A stretch of DNA of 58,980 nucleotides from Octopus sinensis (Eukaryota). Made by a program: the position numbers and the translations under genes. Position 1 is the first letter of the stretch, and each line of letters starts with the position of its first letter. The notes under the pieces are model-generated. The model did not search any database, was not told the DNA's origin, and was given only the letters and a program-made list of their open reading frames with translations. Below are positions 12,040 through 25,806 of the stretch, one piece after another. The DNA is taken from the NCBI RefSeq assembly GCF_006345805.1, contig NW_021834592.1, positions 1 to 58,980 on the forward strand. Direction: 5' to 3'.

Positions 12040-14470
12040 GAGATGAGGAATTATGTACATTATTTACATTTAACGGATATTTGTCCTCATCTTGTTTGTT
12101 GTTAACACAACGTTTCGGTTGATATACCCTCCAGCCTTCGTTAGATGTCTTGGTGAAATTTCGAGCCTGGGTTCTCTTTTCTAAGGTATATTTCGATGCT
12201 ATTATTGGAATATTGGGGTTAGTATCCCGCGCTCTTAACGACTACGCCATATGCCCCTGAGAAATTATGCAGTGAATTTTAGGGCTTATAAATCTAATAT
12301 TTTCTATCCTATCCATATGCTAATCATATCTGCACTCGGTCTGCTTAGGAGGATGTTGCGTCCTAGCATGTTCGCTGCTTCTTTTAGTTTTCGTATTTTC
12401 CAGTGGTGTTCTCTGGCTCTTATTTTAACTTCATTCCACAAGGGAGGGATTGTCCATAACTGCATGGGATGGAGTACACGCAGTTCTTAGTGATATTCTC
12501 TTCTATTGGTGGTTTTACTCGAAGGGGATATTTGCGAAGTGTTGTATTACTCTTGAACACTGTCCTGATGTCATATGAGCCGCATATCTTTGGTATATTT
12601 TCGGAGAGACCTTTCAAATAGGATAGACATACTGTGGGCAATTTATTGGTCTATCCTCTCCTTTCTTCATAATTGGAGTGGATAGTGTGTTTTGGGGTTA
12701 ATTGTTGCTTCATAGATAGTTATTGAGCTTGACCATTTCTTCGTGGTGTGTATCACGATCGCTACATATATTCTTTGCTCGATGTTTTAAGCACCGAGCA
12801 ATCCCTCTCTTTACTCTGTATGGATGGTGGGAATTGTAGTTGAGGTATCGTCCAGTGAAGGTCGGCTTGCAGTATGCAGATGTCCTGAATCCATCCTTGG
12901 TGCGTGTTATTAACATGTATAGGAATGCTAAATGATTGTCTTCTTTTCTTTGTGAATATTATGGATGGCGTTATTGAGTTCCCATGATCTATAAGTACAT
13001 GGACATCTTCCTGGTGGGGCCAGAATATAAGGGTATCATCAACATATGTCAGCCATAGAGTTGGTTTTAGTTGTGTTGATTCTAAAGGCAAATTCTCAGA
13101 GTATTCCATGTATATATTGGCTATTATCGGTGATATTGGCGAACCCATAGCTAAACACTTTTCTTGTCGATATATATCAGTGCCCATACTGAAGTTAGTA
13201 GTTTCTACACAGAAGGTCAACATTTCGATCAGGTTTCTTATTGGTATACTAGTCCGTTCTTTTTGATGGGTTTCTGTCACTAGTTTTCTTTGAATCACCG
13301 ATAGTGCTTCAGGAGTGAACAGACTTATCACATCTAGATTCACCATCTGGTTGGATTCAATGGGGGTATCCTTGATCATTTCTGTGAAGTGAGTGGAATT
13401 CTTCACGTACGATGTTGACTTTCCTGCGAATGGACTGATTATAAGGGAGCGGCTCAGTGGATGACATGCTGAACATCTAAGGAGGCTGTGCATGTGTGTT
13501 AGTTTACTGTAGTGTTAAGTCAGTTGTCTGTACTTCATTAGTGTAAAGTGATCCTTGTTCTTCATCAAGAACTGTGGAAACTTCCTCTTTATTTTCAGAG
13601 TTGGGTCTTTCTTTCCCTTGCTGTAGCTGCCATCACTTATAAGGCTTGCCAATTTTTCAGAGTGGTCAGACTTGTTCGTCACCACTGTAGCATTTCCCTT
13701 GTCCACTGGAGGTATTATGATGGAATTGTCACTCTGTAGTCTTTTGATAACGAACGTGTCTTCCTTAGTGATGTGTTTGGATTGGGAAGTTTCGCTTTTT
13801 CTAGCTTTCCACCTTAGTTCATCTCTCTGAGCGTTTGGTATCTTTATGGCTATCTCTTAAATAGGGGCCATTGTGTCCAAGTATGGATTGCGCTTTATGG
13901 TTGTCGTAAAGTTGAGATCTTAGTTTAGTACTGCTTGAGCTTTGAGTTTCTAAATCTGGCGTGTGGTCACCATTTGAAATTCACTTCTAGATATTGTTGG
14001 ATTCTCTTTCTATCATCATCTATGGTTATTTTCCTAATTATAAAGAAAACCTCTCTTTGATTTCGTTATTTAGTTGATTGGTTTTTCCAACGGGTATCGA
14101 TCCTATCACGAATGAGGTTTTGTTCTGCCCTTTCCGCTACACTTCTAGCTTTATATGAATCCACTGGTGTCATTATATTCAATCCAGGAAAATTAGATGG
14201 TTTGAAAGACGAGTTACTTTTTGATGGAGTTTCGTCTATGTTTCCACTGAAGTCTAATGTCGGTTCCGTACCGATTAGAGAATACAGTTCTATATTTAAG
14301 AGACGAGGAATTATGTACATTATTTACATTTGACGGATATTTGTCCTTATCTTGTTTGTTGGTAACGCAACATTTCGGCTTCATCAGGTGTTTTGGGGAA
14401 ATTTCCAACCTGTTATCTCATTCCTAAGGTATATTCCGATGTGTTAATAACATCGGAAAATACCTGAGGA
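12040..14470 (-). mobile_element. Penelope-like element 1 (RT plus C-terminal GIY-YIG), degenerate, with direct terminal repeats
   Basis: ORF 12762-13493 has LAMGSPISPIIANIYME and YVDDTLIFW; CVYSIPCSYGQ is GIY-YIG-like; repeats at 12040-12210 and 14295-14460 contain eroded hammerhead cores. Confidence 0.88.
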
Positions 14471-14918
14471 ATGAAACAAATTTCAACATAAATAATGTAA
14501 TTCACAATAATTAATTAGAACGGAGAGCCATGAAAGTTAATCAGCGTTGATCGAGAAGTAAACATAAAAAATAATATACAAAATAAATAATTTACAAATC
14601 AAGTCGTTTACTCTAGTATGTTCATTCATAACGAACGTCACAGACTGACACATGCTCAATAATACACAAAATTATGTGCATCAGAAACTCATACATAAAC
14701 ACAGACACTGATATTCACACGCCCTTTCACACCCTCACACACACACGCAGACACCCACACCCACACAACACCTTTTCAGGCATTCACAAAGTGACTGAGT
14801 GTATATAGCGTATATAATGAGTTAAGGAGATTGAGAGAAAAAAGAAAGCATAGAAAGACATTAAATGTTTAGAATTATATTGTCAATAAAAGAGAATAAA
14901 AAAACTAATTAAACTTAC

Positions 14919-14990
14919 AGAGTATCTAATCCGGGAAGATCTTGAAAAGCTCCAACGTCTAATTCCTTGATATCATTTTTATGCAACTCT
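14919..14990 (-). CDS. LRR exon e18 (class III)
   Basis: cag|A...CT|gtaagt; ELHKNDIKELDVGAFQDLPGLDT(L). Confidence 0.89.
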
Positions 14991-17841
14991 CTGTAACGAA
15001 AAATATAATGCCTAAAAATTTAGGAAAGCGAAGCTGATGATGACAGGGTAGAAGACAATGACAATGGTGATGATGATGACGAGCATCATGATGATATTGA
15101 TGATGATGGTGGTGGTAGGATGGTGTTTATGTTAATTATGTTGATGAGCAAAGCCATGGCAATGATAATTCTGATGATCGTGATGGTGAAGAAGTTATGT
15201 AGCTGGAAATATTTTCAGAGAAATAAAGAAAGTAAATGACTAAGAGTTTAAAGGTTGTAGATATTTGCATATGAGTAAATTTGCTTTAAGAAGACAATTA
15301 GAAGATCGATATGTGGCATTCAACGTTGATCCAGAGCTAATCGCAGTAAGAGTTATACAGACATGAATACACTAGTATTGAACCAGCCATACACACAACA
15401 TAAACATATGTATACACATACATAAAATGTGCTGCTTGAACTGTCACACAGTCGTATGTACTTACACACACACATAAGGACTCACAAACACACACACTGA
15501 CAGCCATTCAAATACAATCATATACACGCTCTGTTGAGAGAGAGCGATTGCAGAGAGGGGAAAGAGCGCCATTTAATTGGGAGGCAATTAATTATTTATA
15601 AATATGACTAAAATGATATACTATGAGGAAGTGTTTCGGAATAAATATTAAATATTATATCGAAATATTCAGATGAGTGTGGAGAAGGAAAGAAGTCGAC
15701 GATTATGATAAGGAAGAATACGGTGACGATGATGATGTTGTTGGTGCTGCTGTTACTGATGATGATGATGATGATGATGATGATCATGGTGACGGTGACG
15801 ACGATGATGGTGGTGGTGGTAGAGGATATGATGACAAGACAGAGGAGGAGGTGCAGGGTGTAGTTAGTGTTAACAACGATGATGATGATAATGCTGATTA
15901 TAGTGGCAATGATGAAAGTGGTGTTACCAGTAAGAAAGGTATTGGTGACGATAGTTATGGTGATGATGATAGTTCTCGTGATGAGCAATAACGATTCTGA
16001 CGATGATTTTTTAATGACGAAGATGAAGAAGAGCTTGATCACGCAGTCGTTGAGTGCGATGAGTGGAGGAGAGGAAGCTGAAGATGGTTTGTATAAGACA
16101 AATATTTAAGAAACAAAGAAATGAAAGTGTGAGGAAGCAAATGCAAAAGAAATCTGGCAGAAGCACAAGAATAGAAGGCAATGAAGAAAAAGAAGTAGAA
16201 GATGGAGGAGGAAGAGGGTTGATGAGGCAGACAACGACAAGGAGAAGAAGGACAGAAGAAAGAGAAAAGAATAAAAGGAGGGTAGAGAAACAAAAGGATA
16301 AAAGAGTAAGTAGAAGTTGACGATGACGAGGTAGAATGTGAAAAAGGAGAAGAAAAATAAGGCAAACGTAGAGGAAGAAGACGAAGATGCAGAAGAGTAG
16401 ATGAAGAAGACGAAGTACAAGAAGATGGAGAAGAAGTATATGACAAAAGAAGACGAAGTAGAAGAAAGAAAAGAAAAAGAAGGAAGAGAAGGAAGAGAAA
16501 AAATGGAGATGAAATGAGGAAGGAAAAGCGGATGAAGAGGAAGAAGAAGAAGATGGAGAAAAATGAGAAGAGTAAGAGTAAGAAAACTTAAGGAAAGGAG
16601 ATGACGATGAAGGAGAAGTATATAAGAAAGAGGATGTGGAATGTCGACGGAAACGACAATTACATCAACGGGAATTGAAGGGGGAAACATAATGGACAGG
16701 CTTATGAAGAAAAAGAAGGAAAGGCAGGAGAAGAAGGAGGAATAGGAGGAGATGAAGAACAATAAGGAGAAGGGAAATAAAAAGAGAAAAATGAGGTAGA
16801 AATACAAGCAGGGAAAAATTGAAAAAATATGTAGAAGAGTATAATGTAGTAGAAGTAGGAGAATACAAATACAAATAATAATAATAAGGGGAGGAGGTGG
16901 AGGTGGAGGAGAAGTAGGAGGAGAAGAGGACGGGGAAGTAGAAGAACAATGTGGAGAAGAAATAGCAGCTGAAGAGGAAGAATTACAAATAGAGACGGAA
17001 ATGAATCAGAAGATGTAGAAGGATATGAAGCTTAACAAGTAATAGAAGTAGAAGTGGAAGAAGAAGAAGAAGAAGAAGAAGAAGAAGAAGAAGAAGAAGA
17101 GAAGAAGAAGAAGAGAAGAAGAAGAAGAAGAAGAAAAATAGAAGAAGAACAAGATAAATATGGAAATTACAAACGTGAGATGTGGGATAATATAAAGTTG
17201 AAACACAAAACGAAGAACATGCAATAAGACGAAAAAGTAGAGAAAACGATGATGATGAAGATGGAAGGAGAAAAAGGTGTAGTAGAAAATGAAGAAGATC
17301 AGGAAAAAGAAGGTCAAGGAGAAGAAGAAGAAGAACCTGAAAACCTACAGGTAGTAGTAGGAAAGTCTAAAATGTTAATCAGTGATGATGGGGTCTTAAA
17401 TAACGTACATGATATACAAAGATGTTTACAGATACACTTTGATCGACCCGTATGCACGCATCCCTGAACAAATAGGCGGACATAAGTATATACATAAACA
17501 TGGTTGCATTAATGCTTCCTCTTCATTGTCAAACATTTCTATATTGAATATCTGATGAATGGGTCTCACTCACATTCGCATAGATTAACAATTATTTACA
17601 CTCATTTCGTATAAAGAGATGTTAAACTTACACATGCACAAAACGGTATCCCTAATCTATCACGCTCTCAGATACCCCATACCTGAGAAATTGGTTCACA
17701 CTCTCTCATACACAGATTCACAAAGAATTAAACACATATTTGGCACGATTGGCGAGGGAACTTCAAATGATTTATGCGAATATATTACGGATTTAGAAAT
17801 AAATTGTCAATTAAATACTAAATACACATGATTTAACTTAC

Positions 17842-17913
17842 AGATCTGTTAAACTGGACAGATTTCGGAAGGTGTCTAACGGGATTTCCTTGATATTATT
17901 ATGACTCAAGAAT
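17842..17913 (-). CDS. LRR exon e17
   Basis: cag|A...CT|gtaagt; FLSHNNIKEIPLDTFRNLSSLTD(L). Confidence 0.9.
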
Positions 17914-18126
17914 CTGGAACATAAAGTTGGGTTAATAAGAAAATGTACAGAGCATATTTGTGAACATATTTGACTAAGACGAAAATGAAAAGGATTAGTT
18001 TGACGTTTTCGCTGCAGAAATTTATATTAAAAAATATTTTGAAGACAAGAATGAATGATAGAAAAAACATTACTTGTTTATGTATAATGATGACAACGGA
18101 GAAAAATCTGAGAAGCGTCAAAGGGA

Positions 18127-18159
18127 TAGTAGTAGTAGTAGTAGTTATGGTGGTAGAAA

Positions 18160-18190
<31 letters not shown>

Positions 18191-18231
18191 GGTGGTAGAA
18201 GTAGTAGTAGTAGTAGTTATGGTGGTAGAAA

Positions 18232-18319
<88 letters not shown>

Positions 18320-18477
18320 TGTGGTAGTAGTGGTGGTGGTGGTGGTAGAAGTAGTAGTAGTAGTAGTACTAGTAGTAGTAGTAGTAGGGGTGGTAGTGGT
18401 GGTAGAAGTAGTAGTAGTGGTGGTGGTGGTAGAAGTAGTAGTAGTAGTTGTAGTAGTAGCAGTAGTAGTAGTAATAA
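18127..18477 (+). repeat. (TAG)n/(TGG)n microsatellite
   Basis: Direct reading. Confidence 0.95.
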
Positions 18478-18720
18478 ATGGAGTAGATAGGAGAAAGAAG
18501 TTGGCCCGGGTGCAACACAAAATATAGGTTCCAGTGCATTTTCAGGTTCACACTCTCACAGACACATATTTATAGACTCTCACCGAAAATCACATTTCTA
18601 TAGAAAGACAGCGAGGACTCAGGTAGAGACAAGTAGGTGGTATGGAAACGGATGTGAAGATTTTAGATATTTAGGAATATATTGTGAATAAATATCATTA
18701 ATAAGGGTGAGGCAACTTAC

Positions 18721-18792
18721 AGATTTCTCAGACTGGGCAGATCGTGGAAGGCTCCTCCGTCAATTTTTTCGATATGACTATATTCCAAATAT
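18721..18792 (-). CDS. LRR exon e16 (class II)
   Basis: cag|A...CT|gtaagt; YLEYSHIEKIDGGAFHDLPSLRN(L); Ser replaces the ladder Asn. Confidence 0.87.
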
Positions 18793-19805
18793 CTGCGTAA
18801 AAATGTTAGTTGTTAGGTGAAAGCATAGAAGAGCTTTATAATATGAAATATTATGGCTAAATATATACTGGGTTGAAAATAAAGAGAGGAGATAATAATG
18901 ACGAGTAGGAGAAGGAAGAGGTGCATAGAGGTGGTGGTAACGGTAGTGATGGAGAGGAGGATGGTGGTAAAATTAGGTCCCGATGATGGTGTTGTTGATG
19001 TTTGTACTTATGCCGTTGGTGTGGATAAGCATTTTGATGATGACTGAAAAAATAGAAAAAGAAGAAGAAAAAGTGTAGGAAGTAAGAGAAGAATGAAAAC
19101 GAAGAAGACGAAGAAGAATGGATGAGGGAAAATATATGGAAGCAAATGAAGAAGAAAAATGAAGGAGTAAGAAGATGGAAACCAAGAATAGGAAGTAGAT
19201 GACGAAAAAAGGAAGAAGAAAACAAAGAAGAGGAAGCACAGTAGAAAATGCAGGAGAAGAAGGTGAAGGAGAAAAATGAAGAGAATAAGTACAATAACAA
19301 CAAACCCTGCAACAACTGAAAGGAAAGTCTAAAATGCTAATCAGTGATGATGGGGTCTTAAATACGGTACATGATATACAAAGATGTTTACACATACACT
19401 TTGATCGACCCGTATGCACGCATCCCTGAACAAATAGGCGGACATAAGTATATACATAAACATGGTTGTATTAATGCTTCCTCTTCATTGTCAAACATTT
19501 CTATATTGAATATCTGATGAATGGGTCTCACTCACATTCGCATAGATTAACAATTATTTACACTCATTTCGTATAAAGAGATGTTAAACTTACACATGCA
19601 CAAAACGGTATCCCTAATCTATCACGCTCTCAGATACCCCATACCTGAGAAATTGGTTCACACTCTCTCATACACAGATTCACAAAGAATTAAACACATA
19701 TTTGGAAAAACGTTTCAGGGAACTTGGAATGAAATATTTGAATATATTACAGATTTAGAAATATATCGTCAATGAAATATTTTAAAAACGCCTGATTCAA
19801 CTTAC

Positions 19806-19877
19806 AGATCTGTTAAACTGGGCAAATTTCGGAAGGCACCTGACTGGATTTCCTTGATATTATTATAATCCAAGAAT
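19806..19877 (-). CDS. LRR exon e15
   Basis: cag|A...CT|gtaagt; FLDYNNIKEIQSGAFRNLPSLTD(L). Confidence 0.9.
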
Positions 19878-20134
19878 CTGGAATATACAATTGTGTTAAT
19901 AAGAAAATATATAGAACATATTTGTTAGGGATTTTTTTGCTAAACAATAAGATGATGGAAGTGATGGATAGGTGATCACGATGATGATTAATTCCATGAA
20001 GATGATGGCAACGACGACAATGATGATGTTGATAATCATGATGAGGTGTAGGAGGAGGAAGTGGATGTGAATATTTTAAATATTTATGAATATAAATTCA
20101 ATGAAATATCAATAATAAATTTAATGTAACTTAC

Positions 20135-20206
20135 AGATATCCCAAACTGGGAAGTTCATGGAATGCTCTTGCTTCTATTTTTTCGATATTATTATATTCC
20201 AAATAT
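20135..20206 (-). CDS. LRR exon e14 (class II)
   Basis: cag|A...CT|gtaagt; YLEYNNIEKIEARAFHELPSLGY(L). Confidence 0.9.
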
Positions 20207-20908
20207 CTGAGTGGAAAAAAGATAATTGTTAGGTAAAAGTATAGAAGAGTTAAAATAAAATATTATGGCTCAATAATATTTTACTTGGAAGATAAAGAAA
20301 ACAGATCCTGGCGACGATGATAATAACGAGTAGTAGAAAGAAAAGATGTATAGAGGCGGTGGTAGAGGATAGAGATGGATATTGCTATAAAACGAAGGAC
20401 GGGATGGTGGTGGTAAAATTAGTTGCTGCTGGTGGTGATGTTGATGTTTGTACTTATGCCGTTGGTACGGATAAGTACAACAGCAAGATCACCATCAGCA
20501 GCAACAAGAAGCGCATCAAGTAGAAGGAAAGTCTAAAAGAGTAATCAATGACGATGCAGGCGTAAATAGCGTACATAATATACAGACCGATTTACACATG
20601 GACTTTGATCCAAGCGCATGCGCATATCCATGCACAAACTGAAATATCTACATACATAAACATGCTTGCTTTAATGTTTCCCCTTCATTGTCCAAAACCC
20701 ATACATTGAAGGAATATAGGGAATAGGATTTGACTGGCATTCACAGATATTAACATATATTTAGACAGAATTCGTATAGAGAGATATTTTACACTTACCG
20801 AGAGGCTTACACTTGCATGCACAAAATCGTTTCCATCATCTAAAACGCTCTCAGATATCCCATAGCTGAGAACTTGTTTCACACATACGCACGCATACAC
20901 ACACACAC

Positions 20909-20949
<41 letters not shown>

Positions 20950-21085
20950 ACACACAGATTCACAAGCAATGAGACACGTCTTTGGAAAGACGTTTGAGGG
21001 AACTTGGAATGAAGTATTTGAATATATTACAGACTAAAAAAATATATGGTCAATAAAATACTAAAACACGCCTGATTCAACTTAC

Positions 21086-21157
21086 ATATATGTTAAACGG
21101 GACAGATTTCGAAAGGCGTCTGATTGGATTTCCTTGATATTATTATAGCTCAATAAT
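21086..21157 (-). CDS. LRR exon e13
   Basis: cag|A...AT|gtaagt; LLSYNNIKEIQSDAFRNLSRLTY(I). Confidence 0.89.
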
Positions 21158-21896
21158 CTGGAATATACAATTGTGTTAACAAGAAAATATATAGAACATA
21201 TTTGTGACGGATTTTTCTAACCAATAAGATGATGGAAGTGATGGACAGGTGATCACGATGATGATTAATTCCATGAAGTTGATGACGACGATGATGATGT
21301 TATTGTTGATAATCATGATGAGGTGTAGGTCGAGGAGGAATAGGATAACGATCGAGATTAGTTAGTGAACATTGAAGATGTATTAGTGATGAATATGAAT
21401 ATGATGATAAGGCAGAGAAGAATTTATGGTGAAGATTTTTATGATGCTGATAATGATGAAGATTTTTATGATGCTGATAATGTGGGTGTTACTGTTGTTA
21501 CTGTTATTTATTCTGATAGTGACAGTACCTAGCATGTCGATGTTGATGCTGGATATGATATTGAATGTGATGAAGCTGGAGGGAATGTTAATGTTGCGCA
21601 TCATGATGATAGCGTTGAAAATTCTACATCTGATGACCGGTGGTATATTATTATGATATATGATGCTGATGTTGATGATAATGATTTGGAAAGATGCTTA
21701 TGATTGGGAAAGATAGCAAAGAGAATGAGAAGGATGAGTGTAATTATGACATTGAACGAGAATGTCTACGTTCATCGCGATAGATATGGTTGTAATGCCT
21801 ATAGTAAACAAAGTTAAAGAAACAGGGAGAAAATAGCAAAAAAAGAGGAAAAGAAAATGCAGAAGACGAAAAAGGAGACGAAGGAGAAGGAGAAAG

Positions 21897-21929
<33 letters not shown>

Positions 21930-23530
21930 GAGGGTATTCAACAGCAAATTAAGCTACTTGTGTCTGACATAGAATGTCTGAAAAACCTTAAGTTTGACAA
22001 GACTACCAAACAAACAAAAACCTGAAAATTAATGAAAAAATATATGAAAACCATACTTGACATTGATGCCGCCATAGAAACCATCAAGCAAAATGCATGT
22101 GCTAAAGCTACCCGCATAGCGAGGTATGATAAGCCGGTCAGATTCTTCAAGGACAAGAGCATGTTAAAAAAAATCCCCCAAAATGTTTACGGAACGATAA
22201 AGAATACACCAGTTACTGTAAAGTCTGTCCCATCAAAAGAAGTGCAGGGATTTTGGAATAAAATTTGAACAGAAGAATGAAACTCACAGCGAAAAGGCCC
22301 CTTGGATTGTTAGAATATCTCCTTAGAGGAGCAAAATTGGGAGGGTGTCAAGGTAGAAGATATAAGATCTTCTCTCAGGAGGTCAAGCAAATGGAAGTCT
22401 CCAGGAATTCTTAACTTCTGGTTGAATGCCTTCCCAGAGAGCCATGAACTGCTAACAGAACTTTACAACGATGTTTTGCAACACCCTAGCAGGATGCCTG
22501 CTTGGCTAGTTAATGGGTTAACATTCATGCTTCCAAAAAGTGAAGAAACAAATGAACCAAAAAACTATAGACCCATAACCTGCTTAACAACAACGTATAA
22601 AATGCTAATATCTGTCCTGACTGAATATACCTATAGTTTTTTTAATAGAACGCAGCATATCCTATGGTTGTAAAGATCAGCTACTCATCAATAAGATGAT
22701 CTTAGAAGATTGTCACAAACGACACAAAAACTTGTCAATAGCCTGGATAGACCATAAAAAAGCTTTTGATAGCCTACCACGTAGCTGGACTAAGAAATGC
22801 CTGGAAATGTATAAAATAGCGCCTACTCTGCAAAGCCTTTTATCTGTAAGTATGAGATCATGGAGAACCAAACTAACTTTGAACAGTGACAATGAATCTC
22901 TAAATGCTGGAGATGTAAACATTTCATGTGGCATTTTCCAGGGTGACTCACTATCACCACTCCTCTTTTGTTTAGCCTCAATACCTCTCTCAAAATTGCT
23001 CAACGATGCACACTACGGTTATACATTGTTTGATAAAAATATAAATCATCTCATTTACATGGATGATTTAAAGCTCTTTGCAAAAAATGACTAACAACTC
23101 AAGGGCTTACTAGCGATTAGTAAACAATTCAGTGATGACATCAGAATGCAATTTGGCCTTGATAAATGTGCAAAAGTACATTTATCAAAGGGAAATGACA
23201 GAAACATCTAACGTGAACCTTGACCAGCAGAATGTCATAAAAGAGATCAAGCGGAGAGCTAGAGGTACCCTAGGGGTAATTGAAGGGGACGGAATAAGGC
23301 ATTCAGTGATGAAGGAAAGGATCAGGAGAGAATGTTATCGCAGAGTAAGAGCAATACTCAAGACAGAGCTGAATGCGAGAAACAGGATCGATACTTTAGC
23401 CATACCAGTCGTGACTTACAGTTTCAATATCGTTAACTGGTCAATTACTGAAATATGTAACCTTGACAGAAAAATACGAAAACTGCTGACAATGCACAGA
23501 ACGCACCACCCTGAAGCAGATATAGATAAT
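21930..23530 (+). mobile_element. Dong/R4-clade RT fragment
   Basis: NYRPITCLTTTYK, KKAFDSLP, GIFQGDSLSPLLFCL, YMDDLKLFAK; begins directly after (TAA)n. Confidence 0.85.
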
Positions 23531-23580
23531 TTTATTTAGTTTCAGCTCACGAGCTGTGGCCATGCTGGTGCACCGCCATA
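23530..23580 (-). mobile_element. CR1-like 3' tail stub
   Basis: Reverse complement ggcggtgcaccagcatggccacagctcgtgagctgaaacta matches the tail at 58195-58236. Confidence 0.65.
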
Positions 23581-23699
23581 ATATTAGAATAAACGGAAGA
23601 GTAATAAAAAAAACATTTGTTGTTCATGTATGATTATGACATGGAGACTGAATCTGAAAAAGCGTCAAAGGGATAGAAATATGTGTAGTACTTGTAGCA

Positions 23700-24279
23700 C
23701 TGGTAGTAGTAGTAGTAGTAGCAGCAGCAGTAGTAGTAGTAGCAGCAGCAGCAGTTGTAGTAGTAGTAGTAGTAGTACTAGCAGCAGTAATAGTAGTAGT
23801 AGCAGCAGCAGCAGTAGTAGTAGTAGTAGCAGCATCAGTAGTAGTAGTAGTACTAGCAGCAGTAGTAGTAGTAGTAGCAGCAGTAGTAGCAGTAGTAGTA
23901 GTAGTAGTAGAAGCAGCAGTAGAAGTAGTAGCAAGCAGCAGTAGTAGTAGTAGCAGTAGTAGTAGTAGTAGTAGTAATAGCAGCAGTAATAGTAGTAGTA
24001 GCAGCAGCAGTAGTAGTAGTAGTAGTAGTAGCAGTAGTAGTAGTAGTAGTAGTAAGCAGCAGCAGCAGTAGAAGTAGTAGCAAGCAGCAGCAGTAGTAGT
24101 AGTAGTAGTAGTACTAGCAGCAGTAGTAGTACTAGCAGCAGTAGAAGTAGTAGCAAGCAGCAGCAGTAGTAGTAGTAGTAGTACTAGCAGCAGTAGTAGT
24201 AGTAGCAGCAGCAGTAGTAGTAATAGTAGCAGCAGCAGTAGCAGTAATAGTAGCAGCAGTAGTAGCAGCAGCAGCAATA

Positions 24280-24310
<31 letters not shown>

Positions 24311-24322
24311 CAGCAGAGCAGC

Positions 24323-24373
<51 letters not shown>

Positions 24374-24375
24374 TG
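23700..24375 (+). repeat. (TAG)n/(CAG)n compound microsatellite
   Basis: Direct reading. Confidence 0.95.
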
Positions 24376-24615
24376 TTGTTGTTTTTGTTGTTTTTGTAAA
24401 GGAGTAGATAATAGAACAAGCAGAGCATATTCAGACTCCACACACTCACAGACACACATATTCAGAGTCACTCACATGCAGTCATCCAGTCCTTTCGAAC
24501 GGATTGAGGATGTAGAGTGGGACAAGGATGTGGGCCGAAAATAAATGAGACGATAATACATTTTTAGTAAAATATTTTTAGTAGAAATATTATCAATAAG
24601 TTTTATTCAACTTAC

Positions 24616-24687
24616 AAAGTTGTGAAACTGGGCAGGTCACGGAAGGCTCTTATTCCAATTGTTTCGATGTTATTATTTTCCAGATAT
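24616..24687 (-). CDS. LRR exon e12 (class II)
   Basis: cag|A...TT|gtaagt; YLENNNIETIGIRAFRDLPSFTT(L). Confidence 0.88.
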
Positions 24688-24979
24688 CTGTAATTTAAAA
24701 AAAAGTCAGTCGATAGGTAAAAGTATCGTAGAGTTCCATAACATAAAATATTATGGTGGAAGATAAAGAAAGTAGATAAAGGTGATGACAATAATGACGA
24801 GTAGAAGAATGAAAAAAAGCGTATAGACGTGGTGGTAGTGGAAGTGATGGATATGGTTATGATACGAAGAAAAGGAGGATGGTAGTAATATTAGAAGCTG
24901 ATGATGATGGTGATGTTTGTACTAATGCCGTTCGTGAGGATAATTACCTGGGATGCTGACGATGATTTCGATGATGACT

Positions 24980-25638
24980 GTGGAAGAAGAAGAAGAAGAA
25001 GAAGAAGGAGGAGAAGGAGAAGAAGAAAGAGAAGAAGGAGGAGCAGAAGAAGAAGAAGACGACGAAAAAGACGAAGAAGAAGGTGGAGAAGAAGAAGAGG
25101 AAGACAACGAAAAAGACGAAGAAGAAGGTGGAAAAGAAGAGGAAGAGGAAGAAGGAGGAGGAAGAACAAGAAGAAGAAAAAAGATGAAGAAGAAGGAGAA
25201 GGAGGAGGGGGAGAAGAGAAGAAGAAGAAGAAGAAGAGGAAGTGGAGGAAGGAGAAGAAGAAGAAGAAGAAGAAGAGAAGAGGAAGTGGAGGAAGGAGAA
25301 GAAGATGAAGAAGAAGAAGAAGAAGAAAAAGAAGAAGAGGAAGGAGGAGGAGGAGGAGAAGAAGAAGATGAAGAAGGCGGAGAAGAAGAAGAAGGAGGAT
25401 GAGGAGGAGAAGGAGAAGAAGATGAAGAAGGCGGAGAAGAAGAAGAAGAAGAAGGAGGAGAAGAAGATGACGAAGAAGAAGAAGGCAGAGAAGAAGATGA
25501 AGAGGAACAAGACGAAGGAGAAGAAGATGGAGAAGAAGAAGATGAAGAAGAAGAGGAGGAGAAGAAGAAGAAGAAGAAGAAAGAAGAAGAAAAAGAAAAA
25601 GAAAAAGAAAAAGAAGAAGAAGAAGAAGAAGAAGAAGG
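24980..25638 (+). repeat. (GAA)n/(GAG)n polypurine tract
   Basis: Direct reading. Confidence 0.95.
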
Positions 25639-25648
25639 ACTTATTTAA

Positions 25649-25806
25649 CCTGGTGTCATGAGCTGGAATTTAGTGCCAGAGAAACATGATTAGTTTCAGA
25701 ATTAGACACAGGCATTGCTTGAAGTGATGTAAGGGTTCCATTGAAGCAGGCGTGGATGAAGTGAATCAAATGTCTTTGGCGCTAAATTCGAAACCATGAT
25801 ACCAGG
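25649..25806. mobile_element. piggyBac-like MITE (158 bp)
   Basis: TTAA on both sides (25645-25648, 25807-25810); termini CCTGG...CCAGG; imperfect TIR of about 43 bp. Confidence 0.75.
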
